Source of the DNA: an uncultured virus (IMG/VR IMGVR_UViG_3300011834_000039)
Taxonomy: Duplodnaviria; Heunggongvirae; Uroviricota; Caudoviricetes
Direction: 5' to 3' (one strand)
DNA length: 64,000 nt
IMG/VR virus record: IMGVR_UViG_3300011834_000039
The notes under the pieces were generated by a model. It was not told the DNA's origin and did not search any database. It saw only the letters and a program-made list of their open reading frames with translations. Positions 8,556-18,315 of this stretch are shown piece by piece. A program made the position numbers and the translations under genes. How positions within the stretch are numbered: the stretch's first letter is position 1; the number at the start of each line of letters is the position of its first letter.

Positions 8556-9367
8556 GCGGCATCTCCGAAAAGGCTGGCCTGCACAGGCAGATGGTTGTCA
8601 TTCGCCGGTTGCGCTTTCGCGGCAACAGGGCGCGCATCTGTAAAGTCAACGCAAACGATTTCGCACATAGGCGAGACGCCCTCCCACTGATCGATGAAAT
8701 AGGCGGTATCAACACCGCAGCCGGTATCGAAATGCAGGCCTGTCTGTTCCTGAAACTTAACGGCTTTGCCACTGGTCTGGCGCTCATAGCTCTGCCGTCC
8801 AGAATAATTGAAGCCTGCCGACATCTGTGGAACGATGAACGTGCCGTAGTCTGCCAGATGGGACGCAATATCAATTACGTGGAATTCGAAGTCCTTGCCG
8901 CTGTATCTCGGGGAGTTTTTGCTCCGCTTGATAGTGCCGAACGGAGGATTGCTAATCGCACTGTCGAAGTGCCCCAGCCCCATATCCAGAACGTCAAACA
9001 CGTCAGCGTGTATCCATTCTGCTTCTGGCAGCAGTTTCTTCCCAACCTCCAGATAATCGGCATTACGCTCAACACAGGTGATTTGTGGCCTGCTGTCGCT
9101 GAAACGGCTGCGCTGCCAAATGGCGTAAGATAGCATTCCAATCCCGGCACAGAGGTCGATAATGCGACCGCCACCGGCATCTATCGCAAAATCAAATGCC
9201 ATGTCGAATGGCGTGAAGAAAGCGCCAGCAGCGCCATTCACGTGGTTCGCACCTTCGTTCCAGTTCCTGTAGACAAATTCCTTATCGTCTTCCGACAGCC
9301 GTTCTTGCTGCAGGATAGCGACTGCTTGAGAGTGCGCCTGCGCTTGCGCCCTTGTGAGCTTAGCCAT
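8552..9367 (-). CDS. Amino (N6-adenine-type) DNA methyltransferase
   Basis: 'GAFFTP', SAM motif 'IDLCAGIG', catalytic 'NPPF'. Confidence 0.85.
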   Translation of the reverse strand: MAKLTRAQAQAHSQAVAILQQERLSEDDKEFVYRNWNEGANHVNGAAGAFFTPFDMAFDFAIDAGGGRIIDLCAGIGMLSYAIWQRSRFSDSRPQITCVERNADYLEVGKKLLPEAEWIHADVFDVLDMGLGHFDSAISNPPFGTIKRSKNSPRYSGKDFEFHVIDIASHLADYGTFIVPQMSAGFNYSGRQSYERQTSGKAVKFQEQTGLHFDTGCGVDTAYFIDQWEGVSPMCEIVCVDFTDARPVAAKAQPANDNHLPVQASLFGDAA

Positions 9368-9939
9368 TAAGCCACCCTCCCCAGCAAATCCTGATTGTCG
9401 TTTGCGGCCACATACTTGCCCGCCTCATTGCCCCACGATGACCATCCCGCCCACGCTTGGCGTGCGAACAGCTCAAGGTACGGACCGTCAACAAGCCGCT
9501 CAATGCGGTCGTACTGTTCGTCAGGCTTGCGACTATGCTCACGCCGCGGCGCTTTGATCAGCGAACGCACGCCTTTATTAAGACGGCGCGGCCTGCCTCG
9601 CTTGAACAGATGGCAGATTTCGACTTCCTGTCGCGTCCAATAGCCCATGCCCATCCGGCCCTTGTCCCAGACAAGAGCCACGCTGACAGGACGGAATCCC
9701 CACGATGCAGCAACATCGAAGGCTTCACGCTGCAGGTGTGAAACGGTCCACATGAACAGCAAACAGTCGCGGGCGCATACCTGTTCGACAGGCAGCGCCT
9801 TGATATCGTCGAGCGACATCACGCAATAAGGCTGGCGGCCTCGCGCCGGCGCGACGTTCTTCTTGTTGTAGGTTCTAAATGCCCATGGCGGGTCCGCAAG
9901 GACGCAGCCGAAAGGCCCGCTCGGTAGCGGTTCATCCAT
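9367..9939 (-). CDS. MT-A70 family adenine methyltransferase
   Basis: 'ADPPW', 'LFMW', 'GMGYWTR', 'EHSRKP', 'LELFAR', 'WGNE'. Confidence 0.92.
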   Translation of the reverse strand: MDEPLPSGPFGCVLADPPWAFRTYNKKNVAPARGRQPYCVMSLDDIKALPVEQVCARDCLLFMWTVSHLQREAFDVAASWGFRPVSVALVWDKGRMGMGYWTRQEVEICHLFKRGRPRRLNKGVRSLIKAPRREHSRKPDEQYDRIERLVDGPYLELFARQAWAGWSSWGNEAGKYVAANDNQDLLGRVA

Positions 9940-9998
9940 CCTCATCTCCTCGTGTTTCGTGGTGGTAACCCGCCAGTTGGTGGCTGGCGGGGTGTTGG

Positions 9999-10307
9999 TT
10001 ATAGGCTGGGTGCGCCGCCTTGCTGCACGGCAGCAATCGGGCGGGATAGGTCGGGGAACCAGTCGTCGTAGGTGGCGACGTTCATGCGTCCATCAACATC
10101 GACGGGCTCACCGTACCCCTCGCGATATCCTTTAGCATACGAGTAGTCAGGAGACGCTACGCGGTACAGGTAGGCATTTGGCTCCTTGCCATTCGCTTTA
10201 TCCGCCGCTCCTTCGCGCTTGCCTTGTTCATACATTCGGATGCCTTCGGCAGCGTAATCGTAGCGGCTGTAGTCGGGGGCTCCCCGTAGGTCTAGCTTGG
10301 CCATCAA
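9999..10307 (-). CDS. Hypothetical protein
   Basis: ORF coupled to the Gp157 gene within the operon. Confidence 0.6.
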   Translation of the reverse strand: MMAKLDLRGAPDYSRYDYAAEGIRMYEQGKREGAADKANGKEPNAYLYRVASPDYSYAKGYREGYGEPVDVDGRMNVATYDDWFPDLSRPIAAVQQGGAPSL

Positions 10308-10837
10308 GCAACCCTCACCGTAAGCGTTGGCTGGCCTTCGCGCAGCATGGCTCCCTTGACGATCTTCCCAGCATCCAGCGCCTCTTTGATAAGCGTCTTG
10401 TCAGGCGATTTCACAACCTTCAAATAACGCGCAGGCACAGCGGCTTCATCTACAATCTCAACCCCGGCGCGTCCTTTGCCAACCGACACAGTTGCTTCCG
10501 GCAAGCTCACCTTGTTCAGATCAGCAGCTTTCAACAACCGCAGTAGCAAGGCCCGCATGGCGTCCTTGCGTCTGACGTATCGTTCTTTTCGCGCAGCCAA
10601 TTCCTTGGCGCGTTCGGCGATGGCCAGAACCATGCTGTTCGCATCGCGCTCAATCGCCACGATGCGCCCCAGCACGCGGTGCGCGTCCGTTTCGCCTTCG
10701 ATCATGTCGGCGCGCAGTTCTTCGTCCTCGGCTAGCTCTGGCCACTGAGCTGTCAGATCGGCGAATTCTCGCTCCAGCACCGTAACGTCATAGGCCAGAT
10801 AGTTCTGCGCTTTCGTGTTGTCGGCTTTGTTCTGCAT
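10304..10837 (-). CDS. Siphovirus Gp157 / Gam-like coiled-coil protein
   Basis: Coiled coil followed by 'IVDEAAVP..Y...PDKTLIKEALDAGKIVKGA.L'. Confidence 0.85.
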   Translation of the reverse strand: MQNKADNTKAQNYLAYDVTVLEREFADLTAQWPELAEDEELRADMIEGETDAHRVLGRIVAIERDANSMVLAIAERAKELAARKERYVRRKDAMRALLLRLLKAADLNKVSLPEATVSVGKGRAGVEIVDEAAVPARYLKVVKSPDKTLIKEALDAGKIVKGAMLREGQPTLTVRVA

Positions 10838-10905
10838 TGTTGCTCCTCGTGTTTCATTGGTTGGTTTTGGTAATTTAACACGCCTCGCGACGCGCCCCGT
10901 TAATG

Positions 10906-12639
10906 CTACAGGTAGGCAGCATCGTTTATTTCATCGTCGGTCAGTCCATTGGCGGGCGTCGGCTCATTATCATTGCCAGCCTCCGGCACGTTGTCATTCG
11001 CAGCGCCCGCAATAGCGTCGACCACTTCCCAATAGCGCCCATTCGGCTTGACCACGATCTCGGCCGTCGGCAGCAGCTCGTTCTGGCGTTCCATGAATTC
11101 CAGCACGGTTTTCGGGAAAGGTGCCTGACCGCCGTGCTTTCGCCACCACCGGTCTGACTTCGACTTGAAGAAGCCGCTATGAGCGGGTCCGAGCCATTCA
11201 TTGAGCGGTGACATGCCGACCCAATACGAAACCTTCACACTGTCCTGCTTGCCGCCCTTGCCTTCGTGGTATGCGAATGTGCGGCGCGTAACTTCCCTCG
11301 TCTCTGGCGTCGCAACGCTCACAATCGGCGCGTCAGTTGCGTGGCTTTGCAGCTTCGGCGTTTCATCGAATTCAAACTCATGGCCGCAACACCAGCAAAT
11401 GCGCAATGAAGCATGCAGTTGCTCGTTACAGGTCGGGCAGATCTTGATCGGGGCTTGCCCGTCACCCTTTACCGGCTTGCGCGGCTCGATCATATCGACG
11501 GGGCCGTGCTCTGCGACGTTGCCAGCGAAGTCCATGTAACGACAGTTAGGCTTCAAGTAGCCAGCAATAGCTGCCCGGCGTTCTTCCGGCCCAACTGCTT
11601 CTGGATCAAAGCGCGGCGGATAAAGTACGCGAGTTCCACGTCCGACGCGCTGCACGTATCGGCTTGCAGACTTCGTGCGCGCCATATCTACTATAAGGTC
11701 GATACGGGGCACGTTCGTTCCCGTAGACATGACATTGTCGTTGCTAATCGACCAGATTTCGCCCGCTTTACATGCCTCAATAATCTTTCGCCGCTCATTC
11801 TTTGGTGTGGCGCCATGCAGAACTTCGCAGGACTTCCCCATCGAGCGCACCATGTCGCGCACGTTCGTGGCGTGCTTAACGCCGGCGCAGAAGAATAGTG
11901 CAGTCCTGCGCTGCCCTTCTGTGTCGAAAACCTCTTCAAGAATCCGGCCGTTCAGATCGTCGCGATCAACAGCATCCTGCAATGCGCCCTTGGCAAGATC
12001 ATTCCCTCGCATCGGGACATGTGAAGTGTCTTGCTTGGTTTCAGTTGGCTTTGACGTGACCGGCGAAAGATATCCGTCGTCAATGCCCTGCCGTATGCCG
12101 TATGTATAGACGACCTTATCGAACAGTCGGTCGTCGCCCTCATCCAGGCGCCCGCTATCAAGGCGATAAGGCGTGGCGGACAAACCCACGATCTTCATAT
12201 CTGGATTGATCGCCAGCAACGCGTCGATAAATTGCCGGTACATCGTGTTGGCGTCATTCGGCACCAAATGAACCTCATCGATCGCCAACACGTCTACATG
12301 GCCGATCTGAGCCGCCTTGTTATAAACCGTCTGTAATTGCGCAAACAGAATTTGCGCCCGCGCTTCACGGCGGCCAAGGGCAGATGCATATATGCCAGTC
12401 GGAGCGAACGGCGCGATACCGATCAGCTCGAGAAAGTTACCTTCGACCAGTTCCACGACATGAGTGCAGCAGCACAGTCGCATGTCAGGCCAGCCGGTAA
12501 TCAACTCGTGGAATAGCGTGGCAAGAGTCATCGACTTGCCCGTACCGGTCGCCATGTCCAGCAGAGGATGTCCCGCCTCGGCTTTCCAATAATCGAAAAC
12601 GGCGTCTACCGCCTCGCGCTGATAGTATCGCAATGCCAT
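10906..12639 (-). CDS. SF2 DEAD/DEAH helicase (RadD/YejH-like) with C-terminal Zn ribbon
   Basis: 'LRYYQ', 'ATGTGKS', 'DEVH', 'SATP', 'QRVGRG', 'CPTC...CWCC'. Confidence 0.92.
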   Translation of the reverse strand: MALRYYQREAVDAVFDYWKAEAGHPLLDMATGTGKSMTLATLFHELITGWPDMRLCCCTHVVELVEGNFLELIGIAPFAPTGIYASALGRREARAQILFAQLQTVYNKAAQIGHVDVLAIDEVHLVPNDANTMYRQFIDALLAINPDMKIVGLSATPYRLDSGRLDEGDDRLFDKVVYTYGIRQGIDDGYLSPVTSKPTETKQDTSHVPMRGNDLAKGALQDAVDRDDLNGRILEEVFDTEGQRRTALFFCAGVKHATNVRDMVRSMGKSCEVLHGATPKNERRKIIEACKAGEIWSISNDNVMSTGTNVPRIDLIVDMARTKSASRYVQRVGRGTRVLYPPRFDPEAVGPEERRAAIAGYLKPNCRYMDFAGNVAEHGPVDMIEPRKPVKGDGQAPIKICPTCNEQLHASLRICWCCGHEFEFDETPKLQSHATDAPIVSVATPETREVTRRTFAYHEGKGGKQDSVKVSYWVGMSPLNEWLGPAHSGFFKSKSDRWWRKHGGQAPFPKTVLEFMERQNELLPTAEIVVKPNGRYWEVVDAIAGAANDNVPEAGNDNEPTPANGLTDDEINDAAYL

Positions 12640-12705
12640 ATTTACCTCTTGCTGCCAGCAAAACAAATATGTAAGCAAATTCAGTAGTGTTGCTTGGGGG
12701 CTAGC

Positions 12706-13017
12706 ATGAATGAATTGACTTGGTTTAGTGGTCCACTTTCGTGGGGCGACGCAGCCACCTGCGTAGGTCTTGCAATGACAGGTATTGGAGCATGGGTAAC
12801 CGCGCGATCCGTTATTCTTACTAGGGATCAAGCTAGGCTTATCGGCGTCGCTCGCTATGTCCCTGAAAATCCGGAAGATATGGACAAATTACCACATGTC
12901 CAAAGCCTATTGGCGCAATCTCGAGCTGCTCGGTGGGGTCTCCGTCTAATCTTGTTTGGCGCGTTATTTCAGTTTGGGCCAATCATTGAGAAAATTGCGG
13001 TTTGGTGGTGCGCGTAA
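12706..13017 (+). CDS. Two-TM membrane protein (moron, opposite strand)
   Basis: Two hydrophobic segments; AT-richer insert between helicase and nuclease genes. Confidence 0.6.
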   Translation: MNELTWFSGPLSWGDAATCVGLAMTGIGAWVTARSVILTRDQARLIGVARYVPENPEDMDKLPHVQSLLAQSRAARWGLRLILFGALFQFGPIIEKIAVWWCA

Positions 13018-13030
13018 TCAACCATGGTCT

Positions 13031-13966
13031 TCACGCCACCTCGCCCCTCATCCCATCCACCCAAATCTCGCCCGTCGCCAAACGGTACGTGACAGTCTCC
13101 GCAATCTCGTCCGCATCGATCTGCTCGCCGTTTATCAGCCCCGGCAGATAGAGGTGTGCCGGGCAGCCGTCGCGCTGTTCGTCGATCGACAAAGGCTTGT
13201 TCCAGCGCGCGCATGACATGTGGCAATCACCGCCATGCTCGGGCTGTACGTGAAGGCAGGTGCGGCAGTTTACGCGAGGCTGCACACCTTCGTGGCAGAC
13301 GCCGCGGTGTTTGCAGAACATGCAGCCGAAGAACTCAGGATCTTCGCTAATCCGGCTGGGCGGTTCATCCGAAAACACGATGCGTTCGCAGCGTGCCAGC
13401 AGCCGAAGGCAGAACTCGACATCGTATTCGATCCGCTCGGCATAGAGCGTATCGGTGTTCTTGCACGAGGCCAGATACAAGCAGCGCGTCAGGCCGAAAG
13501 CCTGCATTCCAAGTTGGCATTGGGCGTAATGCAACGGCTTAGCCTTCTGGCATCCGTGCTTCTGTAGTTCCTTGATACCCTTCTCGTTGCTCGACTTGAA
13601 TTCCAGCAGGTGTTCGGTCTTCGGCGCTTCGGGAACGCCCGTGGCCTTGCCGTCGCACTTACCGCGGACGAACCCCGATACCAGCCTGATCTTGTCCTGC
13701 TGCCCGTATACATCGACGCCAATGCGCTCGAGGTCGGCGACCAAGCGGTCTTCCTCGATATTGCCGGTAGCGAACAGTCGAAGCTGACGACCCGAATGAA
13801 CCTCGTGCGCTGAGACCCAGCGAAAGCCGTACCAAAGAGCGCGGTCGCATTCGGTGCCCGCCTCACCCACGCTGATGCCCCACGAGTCCCAGGACTTAGC
13901 CTGGGCCTCGTAGGCTGCGTAGATGGCGCGTACGGTGCTGGATTCAGCTTTTGGGAGGGGGGCCAT
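13031..13966 (-). CDS. PD-(D/E)XK (Cas4-like) phage exonuclease
   Basis: 'C.RALWY.FRW', 'G.CDG', 'LEFKS', 'QCQ', Cys cluster 'CMFC...C...CRTC'. Confidence 0.82.
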   Translation of the reverse strand: MAPLPKAESSTVRAIYAAYEAQAKSWDSWGISVGEAGTECDRALWYGFRWVSAHEVHSGRQLRLFATGNIEEDRLVADLERIGVDVYGQQDKIRLVSGFVRGKCDGKATGVPEAPKTEHLLEFKSSNEKGIKELQKHGCQKAKPLHYAQCQLGMQAFGLTRCLYLASCKNTDTLYAERIEYDVEFCLRLLARCERIVFSDEPPSRISEDPEFFGCMFCKHRGVCHEGVQPRVNCRTCLHVQPEHGGDCHMSCARWNKPLSIDEQRDGCPAHLYLPGLINGEQIDADEIAETVTYRLATGEIWVDGMRGEVA

Positions 13967-14533
13967 TAGGATTCGCTCCCTTCCTGCAAATGCTCCACCC
14001 ACTGTTGCGCCAATTCCTGAGTACTAAACGCGCCAGAGACGATGCGTGAACGCATTCCCTCCGAAGTTGGGTATGTCTCGATGACGCGATATGGCCGCGC
14101 GGTGTCGGGCGATACCTGCTTCATGACGATAAAGATGCTTTTCATGCGGGATAGTCCTCCACGGTATGTCCGAGGTGCTCCAGAATGTGCCGATACACGT
14201 CATCTTCTTGGTAAGACACACCATCGTAACAGTGGGCGCTTGGCTGCAAATCCAGCACGAGCAGCCCATCGATGTAGACGCGCGCGCCTTCAGCCCATGA
14301 CGGGCCGCAGGTTTCGCAATCGTGGGTGTCGCCAAGCCATTCGATGCTGATTTTCACGTAATCACCTCCAACTCGCGCAACAGGCATTTGACGAACGGCA
14401 TCAAGCTGGACGCCTCGTGGATTTCGACTTCGTATTCGCCATCTTCTGAAAACGCGATTTCGGTCACGCCTTCATGGCGCAGCGCATATTCAATGGCGTT
14501 GAAGATTGCGGTTTCGGGGATTGTCGCCGCCAT
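13966..14533 (-). CDS. Three small coupled hypothetical genes (14354-14533, 14142-14357, 13966-14145)
   Basis: Chained GTGA/ATGA/TAATG start-stop overlaps between dnaN and the nuclease. Confidence 0.6.
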
Positions 14534-14536
14534 CCC

Positions 14537-15574
14537 CTAAACCCTCATCGGCATCAGCACGCCTGTCCACTCGCCCTCGCCATTGACGACGGCGGTCGAG
14601 CCTGCATCGCCGAGCGCAAAGCGCACGGTCGGTTCATCCAGCGCGCCAAGCATGTCGTTGACGTAGCGGGCGTTAAAGCCGATTTCCAAAGGCTCGCCTT
14701 CGAACTCAATCGAAACTTCATCGCTGGCCTTGTCGGCCAACATCAGCCGCAGCACATCTCCGACCGCGAATTTCACGGCTCGCGATTTATCGTCGGCAAC
14801 AGCGGCGACACGCTCGACCGCCTTCATAAGAGCCTGCCGGTCAACGGTAAGCACGTTCGCATTACCGGTAGGAATGACCCGCACATAATCGGGGAACGTG
14901 CCGTCGATCAGCTTGCTCGTGATAACCGTCGGGCCAGACGTGACGCGCACCTTGTTCTGGGAGAGTTCAAGCGTAACAGCGCCTTTCGGCAGTAGACCGA
15001 CCACATTGCGCGGCAGGATCACGCCGTAGCCCAAGTCACCGGCAGGTCCGACATTGCGCATCAGCCGGTGACCGTCGGTTGCGACGGCAACTAAGCGAGC
15101 GTCGACAGCATGGAGATAAACGCCAGCCAGGTAATAACGGGTCTCGTCCGTCGAAATGCAGTGCACACACGGCGCCACAAGCGCTGCCAGATCGAGCTCG
15201 AGCGTCGTGTCGAATTCACCGGCACTAAAGGACGGAAAGTCTTCAGCGGGTAAGACGTCGAGCTTGTAACGGCTACGGCCCGACGCGACGGTAAGGCGGC
15301 CTCCATCCAGCTCAAGGGTAACGTCGCCCGTTGCGCGCTTTGCGATGTCCGCAAGCATCTTGCCGGGAGCAGTCACGCTACCCGGCTGGCAGTCGAGCAC
15401 CGGCAGGCTGGTCGTTATCTCAACATCCAGGTCGGTGCCGGTCAGGCGTACCTGGCCATCCTCGACCGCCAAGAGCACGTTGGCGAGAATAGGAATTGAA
15501 TTCCGGCTTTCGATGGCACGGTTGACGGTCGCCAATGCGTGCGCGAGCTGTGAGCGGTCAATGCTGACTCTCAT
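14537..15574 (-). CDS. dnaN: DNA polymerase III beta sliding clamp, phage-encoded
   Basis: 'IPILANVLL', 'GTDLD', 'DETRYYLAGV', 'VATDGHRL', 'LIDGTFPDY.RVIP', 'IGFNARY', 'VLMPMRV'. Confidence 0.95.
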   Translation of the reverse strand: MRVSIDRSQLAHALATVNRAIESRNSIPILANVLLAVEDGQVRLTGTDLDVEITTSLPVLDCQPGSVTAPGKMLADIAKRATGDVTLELDGGRLTVASGRSRYKLDVLPAEDFPSFSAGEFDTTLELDLAALVAPCVHCISTDETRYYLAGVYLHAVDARLVAVATDGHRLMRNVGPAGDLGYGVILPRNVVGLLPKGAVTLELSQNKVRVTSGPTVITSKLIDGTFPDYVRVIPTGNANVLTVDRQALMKAVERVAAVADDKSRAVKFAVGDVLRLMLADKASDEVSIEFEGEPLEIGFNARYVNDMLGALDEPTVRFALGDAGSTAVVNGEGEWTGVLMPMRV

Positions 15575-15631
15575 CAAAGTCTCCTCGTGTTCGGTGATAG
15601 AAGGCGCGGTTGGTAGCCGCGCCTGTTGGGT

Positions 15632-16478
15632 TTAGGCGGCCAAAGGCCAGCCATCCTCGTCGAGTTCAGGCAGGACGAATTCGACGCCGTTGAGATTTGC
15701 GATATGCGCCAGCAGCGCTTCTGCCGTGCCTGGCATATTGTCATTCGCAGGTTGCACCCACGGCTCGCTTTCGGCGTCGTCGACAGTCAGGGCGTCAATT
15801 GCCGCCTCTATGGTGAAGGGTTTGTCTTCGTTGCCGAGAATAACCTTGTCGCCGTAGGCGCCGCCAATCTGGTCTTTCAGATCGTCCCATGTGTCGATTT
15901 TCACGCCACGAACTGCCAGTGCGATCTTCATCATATCGCCTTTGCCGATCGTGTAGCCGCGCTGCTGGTACTTCAGAACGCGTGTTGACGAAGCTAGCGG
16001 ATATCGCGTTCCAGCGTTGAATTTCAGGAACCGCTGGCTGTTGTGTTTCAGAAAGTCAGGATGAAAAACAAAGCCGGAGACGGGATGCTTTTCGCCGACG
16101 GTGATGAATTCTGCACCCTTCCACTTGGATCGCTCGCCCGTATCCAAGTCCACAGCGCCCATGCAGGACGGTGAAATCGAATGCCTTGAAGATATCTTCG
16201 GCCGTCGGAAAGAAGTCGAAATACATCAACTGGGCGATGTTGTTGCTTTGGTCGGCAAATGTAACGGCCCGCTTGCTAGCCGCGACGCACCATAGGCCTT
16301 CCTCATATGCGTCATAAACAGCACGCTCAAACGCCCGACGTGATTTGAAGTAAAGATCAACGTCATTGATCTTCGCCCCGGTGAAGACGCTCGTCACAGC
16401 GCCGCCAGCTACAAACGCGCCGTCAAAGCGTATCGGCAACGCGCCATCGATCTGTCTGCGCTCCGCTTCATAAGCCAT
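15632..16478 (-). pseudogene. Nucleotidyltransferase (Pol-beta superfamily) split by a +1 frameshift near 16166
   Basis: 'VAGGAV...NDVDLYF' NTase motif; removing one C from GTCCTGCATG restores 'FDFTVCMGAVD' and fuses ORFs 16056-16478 and 15632-16162. Confidence 0.75.
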
Positions 16479-16546
16479 GCGTATCTCCTCGTGTTCGGTT
16501 CGGTACGGTGGTTGCTACCGGCGCTTTCGCGCCTGTTGGTTTTAGA

Positions 16547-17104
16547 TTAACCCCAAGGTCGCTTCTTTTGGCCGCCTGCCGCAGCAGCAGCCGGAGCCCG
16601 CTTGTTGCTGTTTGCCGCAGCCGGTCGGTTGTCATTGGCCGGACGGGCCTGCGCTACAGGCTGGTTGGCGTCGATCGAAGGCTGGGGGACGTTGCCCTCA
16701 TCGGGATAGTAATAGCGCTTTATCTCGGCGCGGGCCGGATACTGGCCATCCTTCGAAGGCTTGCCGAGGCCAATCTTTGCAGTGAAGGCTTTGAAGTGAA
16801 GCTCTTCACTGTCTTCTACTTCCGAAACGCCAATCGCCCGGCAAAGGCTGGCGAACTGACGCTGGCCGATCTCTTGGGCCTGCGCGTTCTTGTGCTCCAG
16901 ATTGTAGAAATTGAAGACCTTGCGGCCTTGGTATTCGTCGGGGCGAAGGACCGTCATCGTTGTCTTGAGGCCGGTGCCGTTCGCGCCTTCCTTGACCTCC
17001 GACGCCTCGATTTCCAGTTCGTAATCGCCGTTGGGCAACTCTTCGTAGTCTCGCTGCTCGGTATCGTGAGCAGTCGCATCAAATCTGCTGGCTAGTTTTG
17101 CCAT
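16547..17104 (-). CDS. DUF669 family ssDNA-binding protein
   Basis: 'LPNGDY...EYQGRKVF...AQEIG..Q...LCRAIG...DSEELH', low-complexity tail ending 'PWG'. Confidence 0.85.
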   Translation of the reverse strand: MAKLASRFDATAHDTEQRDYEELPNGDYELEIEASEVKEGANGTGLKTTMTVLRPDEYQGRKVFNFYNLEHKNAQAQEIGQRQFASLCRAIGVSEVEDSEELHFKAFTAKIGLGKPSKDGQYPARAEIKRYYYPDEGNVPQPSIDANQPVAQARPANDNRPAAANSNKRAPAAAAAGGQKKRPWG

Positions 17105-17147
17105 CTATAAATTCCTCGTGTTTTTGGTGGTGTGGTGACGGCGAGGC

Positions 17148-17390
17148 CTACGCCTTCGCCCGATGGATAGCCGGGCGGAAGAACCCGCCGATGAAACCGA
17201 GCGAAGCGCCTATCTGCCACATCGCAAGGCCTGCCGCGTTGATGCCAACGGCGGCAAAGAACGCATGGATCGTCTCTGCGAAAAACAGGCCCACGACCCA
17301 GCCAACGAACGCGCCGCCAAGAACGCCGATGAGCGGTGCGACGAAGAGGACGGCAGCGATTGCTACAAGGCCAGCTAGAGCTTTTTCCAT
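17148..17390 (-). CDS. Small membrane protein
   Basis: 80 aa, hydrophobic, coupled to the upstream ATPase. Confidence 0.7.
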   Translation of the reverse strand: MEKALAGLVAIAAVLFVAPLIGVLGGAFVGWVVGLFFAETIHAFFAAVGINAAGLAMWQIGASLGFIGGFFRPAIHRAKA

Positions 17391-18176
17391 TTACGCCGCC
17401 TCCCTCTGGTCATTATCGTTGCCAACCGGCCAGAACTTGGCAATGTCGGCAAAGCCCTGCCCTTTGCGGTAAACGACGCTGTCAGGCATCGAATAACGGT
17501 TTTTGGCATTGAAGCCTGCCGCCTCGTTGAAGTGCACCTGGCGCTCTTTGCCGCCCTCGGCGTGGCTAACCTTCGTCTGGCGCGCCACTTCCTTTTCCTT
17601 GATCGAGATGCGGTAGTTCATGAACGCGACGATGTCGGACTTCTCGCGAACCAATGCATTGGACCTTTTATGCAGCTTAGGCTGGTATCGAGAATACGGA
17701 TCCGTTGTCGGGCTGTCGAAGCGCACGATTTCAGGGTGCGCCAGCATGACCACATACATTCCTGCGCGGGACAGCGCAGACACCGCTGCCATCAGCTCAT
17801 TCCATTCGGTATCGGCTTCCACGTAGCCTTTCCCGAACCCAGCCTCCTCAATGCTGTTGATACCGAGGCGGGCCGATGTCGCACGCCAGACAAGCGGCTC
17901 AAGACCGTCGAGGCTGTCGATAATCACGGTGCGCCGATCGTGTTCTTCGGTCAGCAGTTCGCCGATGACGTTCAGCAGATCGTCGAAGGATTCAATCGTG
18001 CCGGGTGTTACCAATTCTATGTCGGACGGCGGACGCTCGCCTTCGGTCGCCAGATAGATCGGATCCGGGAACTCTGCTGCAAGCGACGTCTTGCCGATGC
18101 CGTCGACGCCATAGAGAAGGATCACAGGCGGATCGTTTCTCTTTGTCGACTTCAGGCTTGAAAGAGATAGAGCCAT
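17391..18176 (-). CDS. AAA_24 (Sak4-like) ATPase / recombinase
   Basis: Walker A 'YGVDGIGKT', 'IIDSLD', 'GFGKGY', 'LAH', 'AKNRY'; ATG at 18176 follows GAGGAG. Confidence 0.88.
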   Translation of the reverse strand: MALSLSSLKSTKRNDPPVILLYGVDGIGKTSLAAEFPDPIYLATEGERPPSDIELVTPGTIESFDDLLNVIGELLTEEHDRRTVIIDSLDGLEPLVWRATSARLGINSIEEAGFGKGYVEADTEWNELMAAVSALSRAGMYVVMLAHPEIVRFDSPTTDPYSRYQPKLHKRSNALVREKSDIVAFMNYRISIKEKEVARQTKVSHAEGGKERQVHFNEAAGFNAKNRYSMPDSVVYRKGQGFADIAKFWPVGNDNDQREAA

Positions 18177-18315
18177 AGGTCTCCTCGTGTTTAGTAGGTG
18201 TGGTGGGTGACTGCGATTGCGGCGATGACGGCCGCAAGTATGAGCCATCCGACAAGCCATGCAGGCGGGCTTGTGAGGGCGGCTGCGCAGTTGTCGCGTG
18301 GAGGTCTGCTGGGCA

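Noticed and set aside
13031..13966. Cas4-like nuclease as sign of a CRISPR system
   Set aside because: No repeat-spacer array or other cas genes; sits in a standard SSB-AAA-nuclease recombination module
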